NCBI GenBank assembly: GCA_963422375.2
Contig: OY729428.2
Span: 672,001 to 736,000, forward strand
Length of the DNA: 64,000 nucleotides
Direction: 5' to 3'
DNA from: Bryobacterales bacterium
Lineage (GTDB): Bacteria; Acidobacteriota; Terriglobia; Bryobacterales; UBA6623
Shown in pieces: positions 10,217-20,499 of the stretch. Made by a program: the position numbers and the translations under genes. Under the pieces are notes generated by a model. It did no database searches and had not been told where the DNA came from. It saw only the letters and a program-made list of their open reading frames with translations. Within the stretch, counting starts at the first letter, position 1. Every line of letters starts with the position of its first letter.

Positions 10217-10978
10217 GTGCCCGAACCGCTGATCCTGATTACCAACGACGACGGAATCGACGCGCCCGGCCTCAAGGCTCTGGAGCGCGGCCTTGCCGGC
10301 TTGGGCCGCACTTGCACGGCGGCCCCGCTGACCGAGCAGAGCGGAGCCGCCAGGAGCATCACCCTGCTCCGGCCGATCCGCCACGTGTGTAAGGGTCGCG
10401 ACCGGTACGGCATCGACGGCAGCCCGAGCGACTGCGTGATGATGGCCGTCGCGCTGCTGCTCGAGTCCGCGCCCGCTCTAGTGGTCTCCGGGATCAACAG
10501 CGGGCCGAACCTCGGCGAGAACATCTACTACTCGGGCACGGTTGCCGCGGCCGCCGAGGGAGCGAAGCACGGCATCCCGGCCATTGCCGTCTCGGTGAAC
10601 CAGCGGACCGACATCGACTTCGGTCCCTCCGCCAAGGTCGCGGCGGCTCTGGCGGCGCGAGTCCTCGCGAACGGACTGCCCGGGAACGTGGTGCTCAATG
10701 TCAACGTGCCGGCCGGAAGCGTCTCCGGCGCGGAGGTCACTCGGCAGTGCCGCAAGATATCGCGCAACCTCATGGTCGAGGCCCGCGACCCGCGGGACCG
10801 CCTCTACCACTGGATGCACGAGGACGTGCCGATCCACGAGGCCGAGCCGGGCAGCGACTACGCCGCCGTGCGCGAGGGGCGCATTTCGATCACGCCGCTG
10901 CGCTTCGATCTGACGGACGAGGGCGCCCTCGAGATCCTGCGCCGGGATCTGCGCGAATTCGATCCGGCAGCGGGCTGA
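10217..10978 (+). CDS. surE: 5'/3'-nucleotidase SurE
   Basis: ILITNDDGIDAPG, EQSG, GSPSDCV, VVSGINSGPNLG, YSGTVAAA.EG. Confidence 0.95.
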   Translation: MPEPLILITNDDGIDAPGLKALERGLAGLGRTCTAAPLTEQSGAARSITLLRPIRHVCKGRDRYGIDGSPSDCVMMAVALLLESAPALVVSGINSGPNLGENIYYSGTVAAAAEGAKHGIPAIAVSVNQRTDIDFGPSAKVAAALAARVLANGLPGNVVLNVNVPAGSVSGAEVTRQCRKISRNLMVEARDPRDRLYHWMHEDVPIHEAEPGSDYAAVREGRISITPLRFDLTDEGALEILRRDLREFDPAAG

Positions 10979-10985
10979 TTCCAGC

Positions 10986-12437
10986 TCAGGCCAGCAGCGG
11001 CCGGACGACCCTGCCATGCACGTCGGTAAGACGGAAGCGACGGCCTTGGAACTTGTAAGTCAGCTTGGTGTGGTCCACGCCCAGCAGGTGGAGCATCGTC
11101 GCGTGCAGGTCATGCACGTCCACCGGATTCTCGGTGACGTTGTAGCTGAACTCGTCCGTGACGCCGTAGGTCTGCCCCCCGCGGATCCCCCCGCCGGCCA
11201 TCCACATCGAGAAGCAGCGGGGATGGTGGTCGCGCCCGTACTCGGAAGCGGTCAGCGTGCCTTGGCAATAGACGGTGCGCCCGAATTCCCCGCCCCAGAT
11301 CACCAGCGTCTCGTCCAGCAGGCCCCGCTGCTTGAGATCCGCAACCAAGGCGGCCGACGCCTGGTCGGTTGCCTGCGCCTGCCGCTTGATGCCGGCGACC
11401 AGCCCGCCGTGCTGGTCCCAGCCGCGATGATAGAGCTGGATGAAGCGCACGCCTCGCTCGGCCAGACGCCGGGCCAGCAGGCAGTTGTAGGCATACGATC
11501 CGGGACGCCGGGCGTCCTCGCCGTACAGGTCGAAGACCGACTGCGGCTCGCCGGAGAGGTCCGTCAGCTCTGGGACGGACCGCTGCATACGGAATGCCAT
11601 CTCGTACTGCGCGATGCGCGTGACGATTTCCGGGTCGCCGTACTCCTCGTACTGCATCCGGTTGAGACCGCCCAGGACGTCCAGAAAGCTCCTACGCTGC
11701 GACCGCGAGAAGCCCGCGGGATCCGAGAGATACAGGACGGGATCTCCCACGGAGCGGAACTTGACGCCCTGGTACCGCGTGGGCAGGAAGCCCGATCCCC
11801 AGAGCCGGTCGTAGAGCGGCTGGCCGCCGGTTCCCTGCGTGACCATGACGACGAAGCCGGGCAGGTCGCTAGACTCGCTGCCGAGGCCGTAGCTTAGCCA
11901 CGCCCCCACGCTCGGCCGACCCGCGATCTGCGCCCCGGTCTGCAGGAAGGTCACGGCCGGGTCGTGGTTGATGGCGTCCGTGTGCATCGAGCGCACGATG
12001 CAGAGTTCGTCAGCCACGTTCGCCGTGCGGGGCAGGATCTCGCTGAGCCAGGCGCCGGACTCCCCGTGCTGCCGGAATTCGTAGGCGGATTCGACCATCG
12101 GGAAGCTGGCCTGCGAGGCCGTCATGGTGGTCAGGCGCTGCCCCTTGCGCACGGACTCGGGCAGGTCCCGGCCGCGCAGCCGGGCGAGCCCGGGCTTGGG
12201 ATCGAGCGTCTCCAGCTGCGACGGCCCGCCCGACTGGAACAGCCAGATTACTCGCTGCGCCTTGGGCGGGAAGTGCGGCAGCCCGTCGAGTCCGCCGTTC
12301 GCGGCGTCCGGCCCCGCCGCCTGGCCGAGATCCCGGCCCAGCAGGTGGGCCAGAGCCACTGAGCCTAGGCCGGCCGCGGAGCGGCCGAAGAAATGGCGGC
12401 GGGTCTCGTCCTGCGGGCAGCGCGCGCGAGGTGTCAT
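10986..12437 (-). CDS. DUF1501 domain protein (Tat-type signal)
   Basis: TRRHFF signal, GGPSQLETLDPKP, INHDPA, GWDQH, DLKQRGLLDETLVIWGGEFGRT, GRDHHP, RLTDVHG. Confidence 0.9.
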   Translation of the reverse strand: MTPRARCPQDETRRHFFGRSAAGLGSVALAHLLGRDLGQAAGPDAANGGLDGLPHFPPKAQRVIWLFQSGGPSQLETLDPKPGLARLRGRDLPESVRKGQRLTTMTASQASFPMVESAYEFRQHGESGAWLSEILPRTANVADELCIVRSMHTDAINHDPAVTFLQTGAQIAGRPSVGAWLSYGLGSESSDLPGFVVMVTQGTGGQPLYDRLWGSGFLPTRYQGVKFRSVGDPVLYLSDPAGFSRSQRRSFLDVLGGLNRMQYEEYGDPEIVTRIAQYEMAFRMQRSVPELTDLSGEPQSVFDLYGEDARRPGSYAYNCLLARRLAERGVRFIQLYHRGWDQHGGLVAGIKRQAQATDQASAALVADLKQRGLLDETLVIWGGEFGRTVYCQGTLTASEYGRDHHPRCFSMWMAGGGIRGGQTYGVTDEFSYNVTENPVDVHDLHATMLHLLGVDHTKLTYKFQGRRFRLTDVHGRVVRPLLA

Positions 12438-15400
12438 TGCTTCGTCACGGCCTCGTCCAGGTTGAGCACGAGGCTGGCGATGCCGGCATAGGCCGCCAGC
12501 TCACGCGGGTTGGCGGCGGCGTCCCGAGGCGACGCGCCCACGGCGAGGAGGGACTCGGCGGCGTCCAGGCTCGCCTCGTATTCCGTCCGGTACGAATCCA
12601 GGAGACGCGCGAGCACGCCGACCTCGTCCCGCGACGGAGGCCGCCCCAGAACCCGCAGGTAGACCGCCCGGATACGCTCGCTCGCGGAGCGCGGCCCGTC
12701 TCGCAGGACGCGGCCGGCCAGATGCCGCGCGGCCTCGACAAACGTGGTGTCGTTCATCAGGTTCAGCGCCTGCAGCGGTGTGTTGGTGCGCTTGACGTTG
12801 ACGGTGCAGACCTCGCGATCCGACGCGTCGAAGTTGACCATCGAGGGCGGTGCGACGGTGCGCTTCCAGTACGTGTAGAGGCTGCGCCGGTATAGATCCC
12901 GGCCCCTGCCGGTGTCGTAGGCGGTTCCCGAGAGCTCCTCCCAGAGGCCCGGAGGCTGGTACGGCCTCACCGACGGCCCCCCGAGCCGCTCGTGCAGGAG
13001 GCCGGAAGCGGCTAGGGCCTGGTCGCGGATGGCCGCCGCCGGCAAGCGGAAGCGCGGACCGCGAGCCAGCAGCCGATTCTCCGGGTCGCGCTCGAGGAGC
13101 GCGGGATCCACCTTGGACGACTGGCGGTAGGTCGCGCTCAGCATGATCGTCTTCAGCAGCTGCTTGACGTCCCACCCCGATTCGACGAACTCGACCGCCA
13201 GCCAGTCCAGCAGCGCCTGGTTGGACGGAGCCTCGCCCTGGGACCCGAAGTCGTCCACTGTCTTGACCAGGCCGACGCCGAACAGCATCTGCCAGAAGCG
13301 GTTTACAGTCACGCGGGCCGTCAGGGGGTTGGACGGGCTCGCGATCCAGCGCGCGAGCTGCAGCCGGTCGCTGGCGCCTGCCGCCCCCGGGCCGGCGACG
13401 GCCGCGGGCAGCCCCGCCTCGACCGGCTCTCCGTGGGCGTCGTAGCGGCCCCGCTCCAGCACGTACGCCTGGCGCTTGGGCCCCTCCTTCATCACCATCG
13501 CGGTCGGCAGGGAGTCCGCGAAGGCCTGCAGCCGGCGGCGCGCCTCGCGCGCCTCGCGCAGGGCGTCGCGGACGGCGGGCGAGGCGCCCGCCGCGAGGAA
13601 GGCCGCGCGCAGCTTGTCGCGCTGGGCCGCCGTGCGGGCCGCAGCCGGGAGGGCGGCCAGCTCCGCCAGCGTCTCGGGCACGGCCAGCGAGCGCGCCTCC
13701 GCGGGAGACAGGTCCCGGCTGTAAACGCGCACTTCGTCGATGCGGCCTCGGAAGCGATGATCCACACCGCCCCCGCCGCCGACCTTGAGGGTCGCGTCGC
13801 TCCGGCTGGGCCAGTCGAGGTTGTCGAACAGGACCTCCGTCTCCTGCTCCGCGCCGTCGATGTACAGGCGGATGCCCTTGGCCTTGCGCTTGCCGTCGTA
13901 GGCCACAAGGACGTGCTGCCACCGGCCGGGCTCGATGGCCCGCTTGGTCCTCAGCCGCACGCTGAGATCCGTCCAGCGCTGCGACATGTGCCACCAGAGC
14001 CGGCCGTCGCGGACGAACAGCCCCCAGCCGCTCCCGATGGGGTTCTCACCCATCGAGGCCACGATGGAGCTGTCCGCGTCGCTGTCCGGGTAGATCCACG
14101 CCGAAACGGATAGCGGGTCCGTGTAATTGAACACGCCGACCTTGCCAAGGTCGGCGTAGCGCGTGCCGTCGAACTCCCCCGCCGAGCCGACGCGCCCAGG
14201 CCCGTAGCGCGTTCCTGCCGGCTCTGTCTGGCTGGAGCCGTCGATGGAGCCGCCGGTCTTCGAGGCGACCTGCATGCGCCCGTCGAAAGGCACCCGCGCC
14301 GCGAGACCGCGAGCCGGCGCCCAGTCCGTGCCGGCCGCGGCGCCCAGCGCAGCCTCCCACGCCGCCCGCTCCCTGCGGACGCGGCCCGCTAGGGCGCTCC
14401 AGCGCCTCTCGGCTGCCTCCAGCTCCCGCTCGAGCCGACCGAGCTGGTGCTCTTGCTCCGGCAGCGGAGCGCGGATCAGGGGATCCTCGTTGCCGAAGTT
14501 CCAGACCATCCCCTTCTCCTCGACGTTGTTGAAATAGGCGAAAAAGCGGTAGTAGTCGGCCTGGGACAGCGGATCGAACTTGTGGTCGTGGCAGCGGGCG
14601 CAAGCCAGCGTCAGGCCCAGCCAGACGGTCGCCGTCGTTTCGGCCCGGTCGGCCACGTACTCGACCCGGAACTCCTCGTTCACCGAGCCGCCCTCCGCCG
14701 TGGTGCGGTGGTTGCGGTTGAATCCGGTCGCCAGCACCTGCTCGCGCGTCGAGCCCGGCAGCATGTCGCCGGCCAGCTGCTCGATGGTGAAGCGGTCGAA
14801 TCCAAGATTGGAGTTGAACGCGTCGATCACCCAGTCGCGCCAGCGCCACATCGAGCGCGTGCCGTCGGTTTGGTAGCCGTTCGTGTCCGCGTAGCGCGCC
14901 GCGTCGAGCCAGAGCCCGGCGAGGTGCTCGCCGTAGCGCGGCGAAGCGAGCAGCCGGTCAAGGAACCGCTCGTAGGCGGCCGACGACGCGTCGGACACGA
15001 AGGCCTCGGACGCCTCGGGAGAGGCGGGAAGCCCGGTCAGGTCCAAGGCGGCCCGGCGCGCCAGCTCCCGCCGCGGCGCGGTCGGCGCGAGTCGCAGGCC
15101 CTCGGTCTCGAGGCGGGCGAGCACGAGAGAGTCGATCGCGCCGGTGACCCGCTCCGCGCGGCGGACGCGGGGCGGAGGCGCGCTGGAGGGAGGGCTGAAG
15201 GCCCAGTGCCCCTCCCACTCGGCCCCCTGCTCGATCCAGCGGCGCAGGACGTCGATCTCGCGCTGGCCGAGCGGGTCGTGGCCCATGTAGGCGGGAGGCA
15301 TCCGCAGCGCCGGGTCGCTGCTGGCCACGCGCTGCACGAGAGCGCTCTCGGCAGGCCGACCCGGCACGACGGCGCGCCGGCCGCCGGCCAACGGGGCCGC

Positions 15401-15580
15401 CGCCGGCGGCGGCCGGTCCAGGCGCAGTCCCGCCTGGCGCTGTCCGGCGTCGGGCCCGTGGCAGGCGTAACAGCGGTCGGAGAGGATCGGCCGGACGTCG
15501 TCGTTGTAGTCGACCCGCTCGGGCAGAGCAGGCGCGGCCGCCGCGAGCCAGCAGAGCACGGGCGCGAACGCTCGCAACAC
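12434..15580 (-). CDS. Planctomycete-type cytochrome c / DUF1549 / DUF1553 protein with LamG insertion
   Basis: VDYNDDVRPILSDRCYACHGPD (CxxCH), WLDAARYADTNG, CARCHDHKFDP, LamG-like FRGRIDEVRVY, TNTPLQALNLMN. GTG 15580 precedes a signal peptide. Confidence 0.9.
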   Translation of the reverse strand: MLRAFAPVLCWLAAAAPALPERVDYNDDVRPILSDRCYACHGPDAGQRQAGLRLDRPPPAAAPLAGGRRAVVPGRPAESALVQRVASSDPALRMPPAYMGHDPLGQREIDVLRRWIEQGAEWEGHWAFSPPSSAPPPRVRRAERVTGAIDSLVLARLETEGLRLAPTAPRRELARRAALDLTGLPASPEASEAFVSDASSAAYERFLDRLLASPRYGEHLAGLWLDAARYADTNGYQTDGTRSMWRWRDWVIDAFNSNLGFDRFTIEQLAGDMLPGSTREQVLATGFNRNHRTTAEGGSVNEEFRVEYVADRAETTATVWLGLTLACARCHDHKFDPLSQADYYRFFAYFNNVEEKGMVWNFGNEDPLIRAPLPEQEHQLGRLERELEAAERRWSALAGRVRRERAAWEAALGAAAGTDWAPARGLAARVPFDGRMQVASKTGGSIDGSSQTEPAGTRYGPGRVGSAGEFDGTRYADLGKVGVFNYTDPLSVSAWIYPDSDADSSIVASMGENPIGSGWGLFVRDGRLWWHMSQRWTDLSVRLRTKRAIEPGRWQHVLVAYDGKRKAKGIRLYIDGAEQETEVLFDNLDWPSRSDATLKVGGGGGVDHRFRGRIDEVRVYSRDLSPAEARSLAVPETLAELAALPAAARTAAQRDKLRAAFLAAGASPAVRDALREAREARRRLQAFADSLPTAMVMKEGPKRQAYVLERGRYDAHGEPVEAGLPAAVAGPGAAGASDRLQLARWIASPSNPLTARVTVNRFWQMLFGVGLVKTVDDFGSQGEAPSNQALLDWLAVEFVESGWDVKQLLKTIMLSATYRQSSKVDPALLERDPENRLLARGPRFRLPAAAIRDQALAASGLLHERLGGPSVRPYQPPGLWEELSGTAYDTGRGRDLYRRSLYTYWKRTVAPPSMVNFDASDREVCTVNVKRTNTPLQALNLMNDTTFVEAARHLAGRVLRDGPRSASERIRAVYLRVLGRPPSRDEVGVLARLLDSYRTEYEASLDAAESLLAVGASPRDAAANPRELAAYAGIASLVLNLDEAVTKQ

Positions 15581-15586
15581 GCAAGC

Positions 15587-15595
15587 ATTGTAGCA
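15587..15595 (-). promoter_or_regulatory. Extended -10 (TGcTACAAT), probably a leaderless promoter for the DUF1549 gene
   Basis: Minus strand reads tgcTACAATgcttgcGTG, 6 nt before the start codon. Confidence 0.5.
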
Positions 15596-15785
15596 GGGAG
15601 GCTGGCGGAGCTGGGTCCGGGCCGCGGCGAGCGGGTTATACTCTGTAATCGGAAATCTATGCGGCTCGCGACGGTTCACGAAGCGGCGACGCAGCCGAAA
15701 CAACCTCGGTCTGGCGGAGGCACGGACGCGTGCGGTGCCGGCCCGGAGGCTTGGGGGGATCTTCCCTGACAGGGCAAGCGAGGAT

Positions 15786-16703
15786 ATGAATAGGCACCAG
15801 TCCAAGCCGCGGTGGAGCGTGAGGCGCCGGTTCGAGTTCATCGAGTTCCGCCTTTACTGGGAGGGCAAGATCAACCGAGGCCACTTGAAGAACACTTTCG
15901 GGATTTCGGTGAACCAAGCCTCCACCGACCTGAACAATTACCTCCGCTTGGCGCCGGAGAACATGGTCTACGACAAGAGCGCCCGGGCCTACGTGCGCTG
16001 CCCGATGTTCACGCCGCTATTGCTGAAGCTGGACGCCGACCGCTACCTGATCCACCTGCGAGACGTCACTTCCGGCATCATCAGCGCCGAGGATTCGTGG
16101 CTCAACCACTACCCGGACTACGACGGGCCGAAGGCCCCGACGCGGCTCGTCAACCCGCACACGCTCCAGGTCGTGCTCGAGGCCCTGCGCGCCGGGAACG
16201 CGCTCAATGTGCGCTACCAGTCGCTCGAGAACCCCGCACCCTGCTGGCAGTGGATCGCCCCGCACGCACTCGCCTCCGACGGCCTCCGCTGGCATGCCAG
16301 AGCTTTTTGCCTGCGGAACCTCAGGTTCCGGGACTTCCTGCTAGCCCGCATCATCGAGACCGGAAGCATGCGGGCGAGCGAGCGAAGCCCCGAGCAGGAC
16401 AGCGAGTGGCAGCAATACATCGATCTGGAAATCGGGCCGCATCCGGCCCTGTCGGACTCGCAGCGCCGGGTGATCGCCCTGGACTACGGGATGGAGGACG
16501 AGCGAGTCTCGCTGCGCGTCCGCAAGGCCTTGGCCGTCTGCACTCTGCGCCGCCTCGGCCTGGAGGACGCCCTGTTGCGGAACAGGTCCGACCAGGACAT
16601 CGTGCTGCTGAACACAGAAGAGGTGCGGCGGAGCCTAGAGGAGCAGGTCGAGCCGGGAGGCCAGCTCGGACTGGAGGAGCAGGTCGAAACCGAGGGCGCC
16701 TGA
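15786..16703 (+). CDS. WYL-domain transcriptional regulator (wHTH-WYL-WCX, CapW/BrxR-like)
   Basis: RFEFIEFRLYWEGKINR..L...FGISVNQASTDL..Y, YQSL, IAPHAL..DGLRWHARAFC, FRDFLLARI, PHPALS..Q...IALDYGM. Confidence 0.88.
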   Translation: MNRHQSKPRWSVRRRFEFIEFRLYWEGKINRGHLKNTFGISVNQASTDLNNYLRLAPENMVYDKSARAYVRCPMFTPLLLKLDADRYLIHLRDVTSGIISAEDSWLNHYPDYDGPKAPTRLVNPHTLQVVLEALRAGNALNVRYQSLENPAPCWQWIAPHALASDGLRWHARAFCLRNLRFRDFLLARIIETGSMRASERSPEQDSEWQQYIDLEIGPHPALSDSQRRVIALDYGMEDERVSLRVRKALAVCTLRRLGLEDALLRNRSDQDIVLLNTEEVRRSLEEQVEPGGQLGLEEQVETEGA

Positions 16704-16857
16704 TCTGAGCCCAGGCAGCGTTCCGCACGGGGAGGCATCGACTTCGGCCCGTCTCTGCCCGGAAACCGGGTGCTTCCCGCCGCCCGGCCGCCGCGGCGAC
16801 CGTATAATGCTATGGGGTGTGCCGTGAGCACCGGCCGCCCCCAGAGATCGTAGCCCC

Positions 16858-18258
16858 ATGCCTCCTCAAGCGCCTCTGCCGGTTCCACCGGAGGACCCGC
16901 AGCCCGTAGTCCGCCCCGTCCCGCCGCCGCCCCGCCGAAGGCTGCCGGAGCGGCCGGGTGTCGGACTGACCGCCGCCCTGTGCGTCGTTGGGGTCGCGGC
17001 CACGGCGCTGCTGGTATGGGCCGCTTCGGGGCGGTCACCGGTCAACCAAGGGGCGCGGGAATCGGCCCAAATCCGCAGCGCGGTCGCCAGCGTCGGCGAG
17101 CTCGTGAAGTCGCTGCGGGTGGGCGGTACCGTCGCCACGCTTGACTACGCCTCTATCCGCGCGCCTCGGATGCGGGGCCCTCGCGATTCCGGCCGGGCCG
17201 ACCTGACTCTGGCGAAGCTGGCGGAGCCGGGCACGGTCGTGCCGGTGGGAACTGTCGTCGCCGAATTCGAGCTGAGGTGGCTGGAGGACCACATCGCGGA
17301 CCGCGAGTCGGTGGCGAACGCGGTCAGGTCGAACCTGCGCAAACGCGAGGCAGACATTCTGATCCTGAAGGAAACCGAGCGGCAGGGACGGGTCGCGGCC
17401 AAGGCGGAGTACGGCAAGGCGCTGCTTGACGTGCGAACCGCGGAAGTGCGATCGGAGATCGAAGCGGAGGTCTTGCGCAACGTCTCGGAGGAGGCGCGCG
17501 CGACTTGGCAGCAGCTCGAGACGGAAGGGCAGCTCATGGAGCGCGTGCACGCGGCCGACCTGCGAGCGAAGGAGCTGGAAGTCCGGAAGGAGGAGCTCCA
17601 TACCGAGCGCCATGAGCGCGACTACGAGCGGCTGCGGATCAAAGCGCCGATCGGCGGGATGATCGTCCTCGAGACCATGTTCAACCGGAGCGGCCAGTTC
17701 GCCCAGACCAAGCCGGGCGACCAGGTGTACCCCGGCGCCCTGATCATGCGCGTGGTGGACGTCTCCAGGATGGTGGTCGATGCGGCCGTCAACCAAGTCG
17801 ACGCGCAGGCGATCCGCATCGGCGACCGCGCGGTGGTGGAACTGGATGCGTATCCCGGCGTGCGTTTCCAGGGGCGTGTTGAGGCCATGGGAGCGCTGGC
17901 GAGCTCCGGCGGGGAGGGACGGTTCAGCCGCGGCGGCGGCGGCAAGTTCATCAAGCACATCCAAGTGCGCATCCTGATCGAGGAACAGGACGAGCGCATA
18001 TTGCCGGATCTGTCCGCCAGCGTAGACGTGCTCGCCTCCAGGCCGTCTAGGGGAGTGATCGTGCCCAGGGAAGCGGTCCGGGAGGAGGACGGCAGGGGCG
18101 GGGCCATCGTGCATGTCATCGAGGGCGAGTCGCTGCGTCGGCGGAGGGTCTCCGTTGGCGATGCCAGCAACACCCACGCACTGGTCGCGACGGGCCTGCG
18201 CGACGGCGAGGAGATCCTGCTCGGCACCCCGCCCGCGGACATGGCGATCGTCGGCTAG
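16858..18258 (+). CDS. HlyD/RND-type periplasmic adaptor subunit
   Basis: N-terminal TM, lipoyl/barrel motifs, IKAPIGG, GDQVYPG, LDAYPG, PDLSASVD. TATAAT at 16803-16808 upstream. Confidence 0.85.
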   Translation: MPPQAPLPVPPEDPQPVVRPVPPPPRRRLPERPGVGLTAALCVVGVAATALLVWAASGRSPVNQGARESAQIRSAVASVGELVKSLRVGGTVATLDYASIRAPRMRGPRDSGRADLTLAKLAEPGTVVPVGTVVAEFELRWLEDHIADRESVANAVRSNLRKREADILILKETERQGRVAAKAEYGKALLDVRTAEVRSEIEAEVLRNVSEEARATWQQLETEGQLMERVHAADLRAKELEVRKEELHTERHERDYERLRIKAPIGGMIVLETMFNRSGQFAQTKPGDQVYPGALIMRVVDVSRMVVDAAVNQVDAQAIRIGDRAVVELDAYPGVRFQGRVEAMGALASSGGEGRFSRGGGGKFIKHIQVRILIEEQDERILPDLSASVDVLASRPSRGVIVPREAVREEDGRGGAIVHVIEGESLRRRRVSVGDASNTHALVATGLRDGEEILLGTPPADMAIVG

Positions 18259-18460
18259 CGCCGGGGTCCGAGCCTCGGGTCCCGCTGGAAGGCGCAACCT
18301 GCCTCCGCCTCGAGCCATTCGCTTCGCCACATCACGGGAGGGCCCTGAGCCTGCGGGCCCGCAACTTCCGGACCGCTCGACGGTCGAAAGGACGGCGAGA
18401 GCACCTCCTGACGACTCCCACGAGGGGCGCTGACGACGACCGGGACGGCCGCAAGCCCCT

Positions 18461-18469
18461 TGCTATACT
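18461..18469 (+). promoter_or_regulatory. Extended -10 (TGcTATACT) upstream of tRNA-Gln/coaE
   Basis: Sequence match only. Confidence 0.45.
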
Positions 18470-18609
18470 GAGGCTCGAGGGGGATTCGCGCACGGCTCGG
18501 ACCTGTTCGCGGCAGGCTGCTGGCACGCGGTGCCTATTGGGCGGGGTCGCGAACCACCAAGGTTTTGAGGTCCGGCGGCTTGCGAGGCCCGCGGCCCGCA
18601 TCACCCTGA

Positions 18610-18683
18610 TGGCCGGTCGTCTAACGGTAGGACGCGGGCCTTTGGAGCCCGTTATGGAGGTTCGAATCCTCCCCGGCCAGCCA
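18610..18683 (+). tRNA. tRNA-Gln (anticodon TTG)
   Basis: TGGCCGG acceptor stem, anticodon arm CGGGC-CTTTGGA-GCCCG, GGTTCGAATCC T-arm, encoded CCA. Confidence 0.95.
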
Positions 18684-18709
18684 CTTCCCCCGGTCGCGGC
18701 ACGAAGTCG

Positions 18710-19339
18710 ATGCTGAGAGTCGGCCTGACCGGCGGCCTCGCCAGTGGCAAGAGCTTTGTCGGGAGGGAGCTAGGGCGCCTGGGGTGCGCCGTCCTGCAGG
18801 CCGACCGGCTCGGGCATCGCGTCTTGGCGGATGACCCCGCGGCCGTGAGCGAAGTCGCCAAAGCCTTGGGCCCGAGCGTGCTGGATTCGAGCGGCGCGGT
18901 GAATCGCAGAGCCTTGGCGTCCGCCGTCTTCTCCGACGCGAGCAAGCTGGAGCTCCTCAACGCCATCGTCCACCCGCGGGTCTTCGAGCGCATGGAGCGC
19001 TTCTTCCGGGAAGCCGAGGCCCGGGAGCCGCAGGGCGTGGCGGTAGTGGAGGCAGCCATCATGATCGAGACCGGAAGCTACAGGCGCTACCAGCGGCTCG
19101 TCCTGACCGCCTGCCCCGAGAGCATGCAAGCCGCCCGCTACGTCGAGCGCGCCGGCGCGAGCGCGGAGGACGCCCGGAAGCGCATCGCCCGCCAGATGCC
19201 GCTGGCGGACAAGAGGCGCTACGCCCACTTCGTGATCGACACGTCGGGCACGGAGGACGAGACGCTGCGCCAGGCGCGCGAGGTCTACCGCCAGCTCGCG
19301 ACGGAGGCGGCGCGGGGCGGAGCGGTCTCCGGAGCTTGA
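18710..19339 (+). CDS. coaE: Dephospho-CoA kinase
   Basis: VGLTGGLASGKS, LNAIVHPRV, RIARQMPL..K...AHFVID.SG. Confidence 0.95.
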   Translation: MLRVGLTGGLASGKSFVGRELGRLGCAVLQADRLGHRVLADDPAAVSEVAKALGPSVLDSSGAVNRRALASAVFSDASKLELLNAIVHPRVFERMERFFREAEAREPQGVAVVEAAIMIETGSYRRYQRLVLTACPESMQAARYVERAGASAEDARKRIARQMPLADKRRYAHFVIDTSGTEDETLRQAREVYRQLATEAARGGAVSGA

Positions 19340-20499
19340 AGGCCATGCCCGGATCGAATCGCACCGTTCCTCGCGGAGTCACCGCCGCCCTCGCCGTCCT
19401 GCTGGGCCTGCTGTGCTGGTCCTTCTGGCCTGAGCATCTGGGCCGGGTTGCCCCTGTCGTCTTCGACGAGCCGTTCTGGACCGAGGCGGACTCGGCGCTG
19501 ACGACGGACGAGCTTTCGAACATCGACATCTACAGCCGGGCCAGCCCCGCCACGGTGCATATCACCAGTACGGTGCTGCACAGGAACTGGTTTCTCGAGA
19601 TCCTGCCCAGCGAGTCCACCGGATCAGGCTTCCTGATCGACCGGGACGGACACATTCTCACGAACGCGCACGTGATCCAGGGCAGCGCGGAACTGGAGGT
19701 GACGCTGCTGGGCGAGGAGGACAGCGGAAACCGCTACAGCGCTGAGGTCCTAGCGGCCGACGCAGCCAACGACCTGGCCCTCCTGCGCATCCGCCCTTCC
19801 GCTCCGACGCCGTTCTTGGCGCTAGGCGACTCCGACGCGGTGCAGGTCGGCCAGAAAGTGCTGGCTATCGGGAATCCGTTCGGCCTGAACGGGACGCTGA
19901 CGACCGGGGTCGTCAGTTCGACGGGGCGGTCGATCCAAGGCCGACGCGGTATTCTCCGGGACTTGATCCAGACCGATGCCGCGATCAACCCCGGCAACAG
20001 CGGCGGCCCCCTGCTGGACTCGAGCGGACATGCGATCGGCGTAAACACCGCGATCTACGGCCCGAACGGGAATATCGGCATCGGCTTCGCGATGCCCATC
20101 GGCCGCGCCAAGGCGCTGCTGCGCTTCGTCAAGGGCGGCGCGCGGCCGGCTCGCGACATCGGCGTTGTCGGCCTCTTCCTGTCGCGACGTTGGGCGCGCG
20201 CGCTGCAGCTCCCGACCGTCGGCTACCTCGTGACGGAGGTCGAGGACGGTTCCGCCGCCGAAGCCGCGGACCTGCGCGGGGCGCGACGGGAGCTGATCCT
20301 CGGCAACTACCGGATCCCGTGGGGCGGCGACGTGATCATCGCCGTCGACGACACCGCGGTCACGGACAGGACCGCGATGCGCGAGGCCCTGGCCCTCAAG
20401 CTCGCCGGGGACACGGTGACGCTGAAGATCATTCGCGACGGCAGCGAAATCGACGTCCAAGTCACTCTGCAAGGCCAGGGCCTCGGCGTACGCCTTTAG
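19336..20499 (+). CDS. HtrA/DegP-like trypsin serine protease with PDZ domain
   Basis: GSGF, LTNAHV, DLALL, IQTDAAINPGNSGGPL, C-terminal PDZ (GDVIIAVD). Confidence 0.92.
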   Translation: MKAMPGSNRTVPRGVTAALAVLLGLLCWSFWPEHLGRVAPVVFDEPFWTEADSALTTDELSNIDIYSRASPATVHITSTVLHRNWFLEILPSESTGSGFLIDRDGHILTNAHVIQGSAELEVTLLGEEDSGNRYSAEVLAADAANDLALLRIRPSAPTPFLALGDSDAVQVGQKVLAIGNPFGLNGTLTTGVVSSTGRSIQGRRGILRDLIQTDAAINPGNSGGPLLDSSGHAIGVNTAIYGPNGNIGIGFAMPIGRAKALLRFVKGGARPARDIGVVGLFLSRRWARALQLPTVGYLVTEVEDGSAAEAADLRGARRELILGNYRIPWGGDVIIAVDDTAVTDRTAMREALALKLAGDTVTLKIIRDGSEIDVQVTLQGQGLGVRL

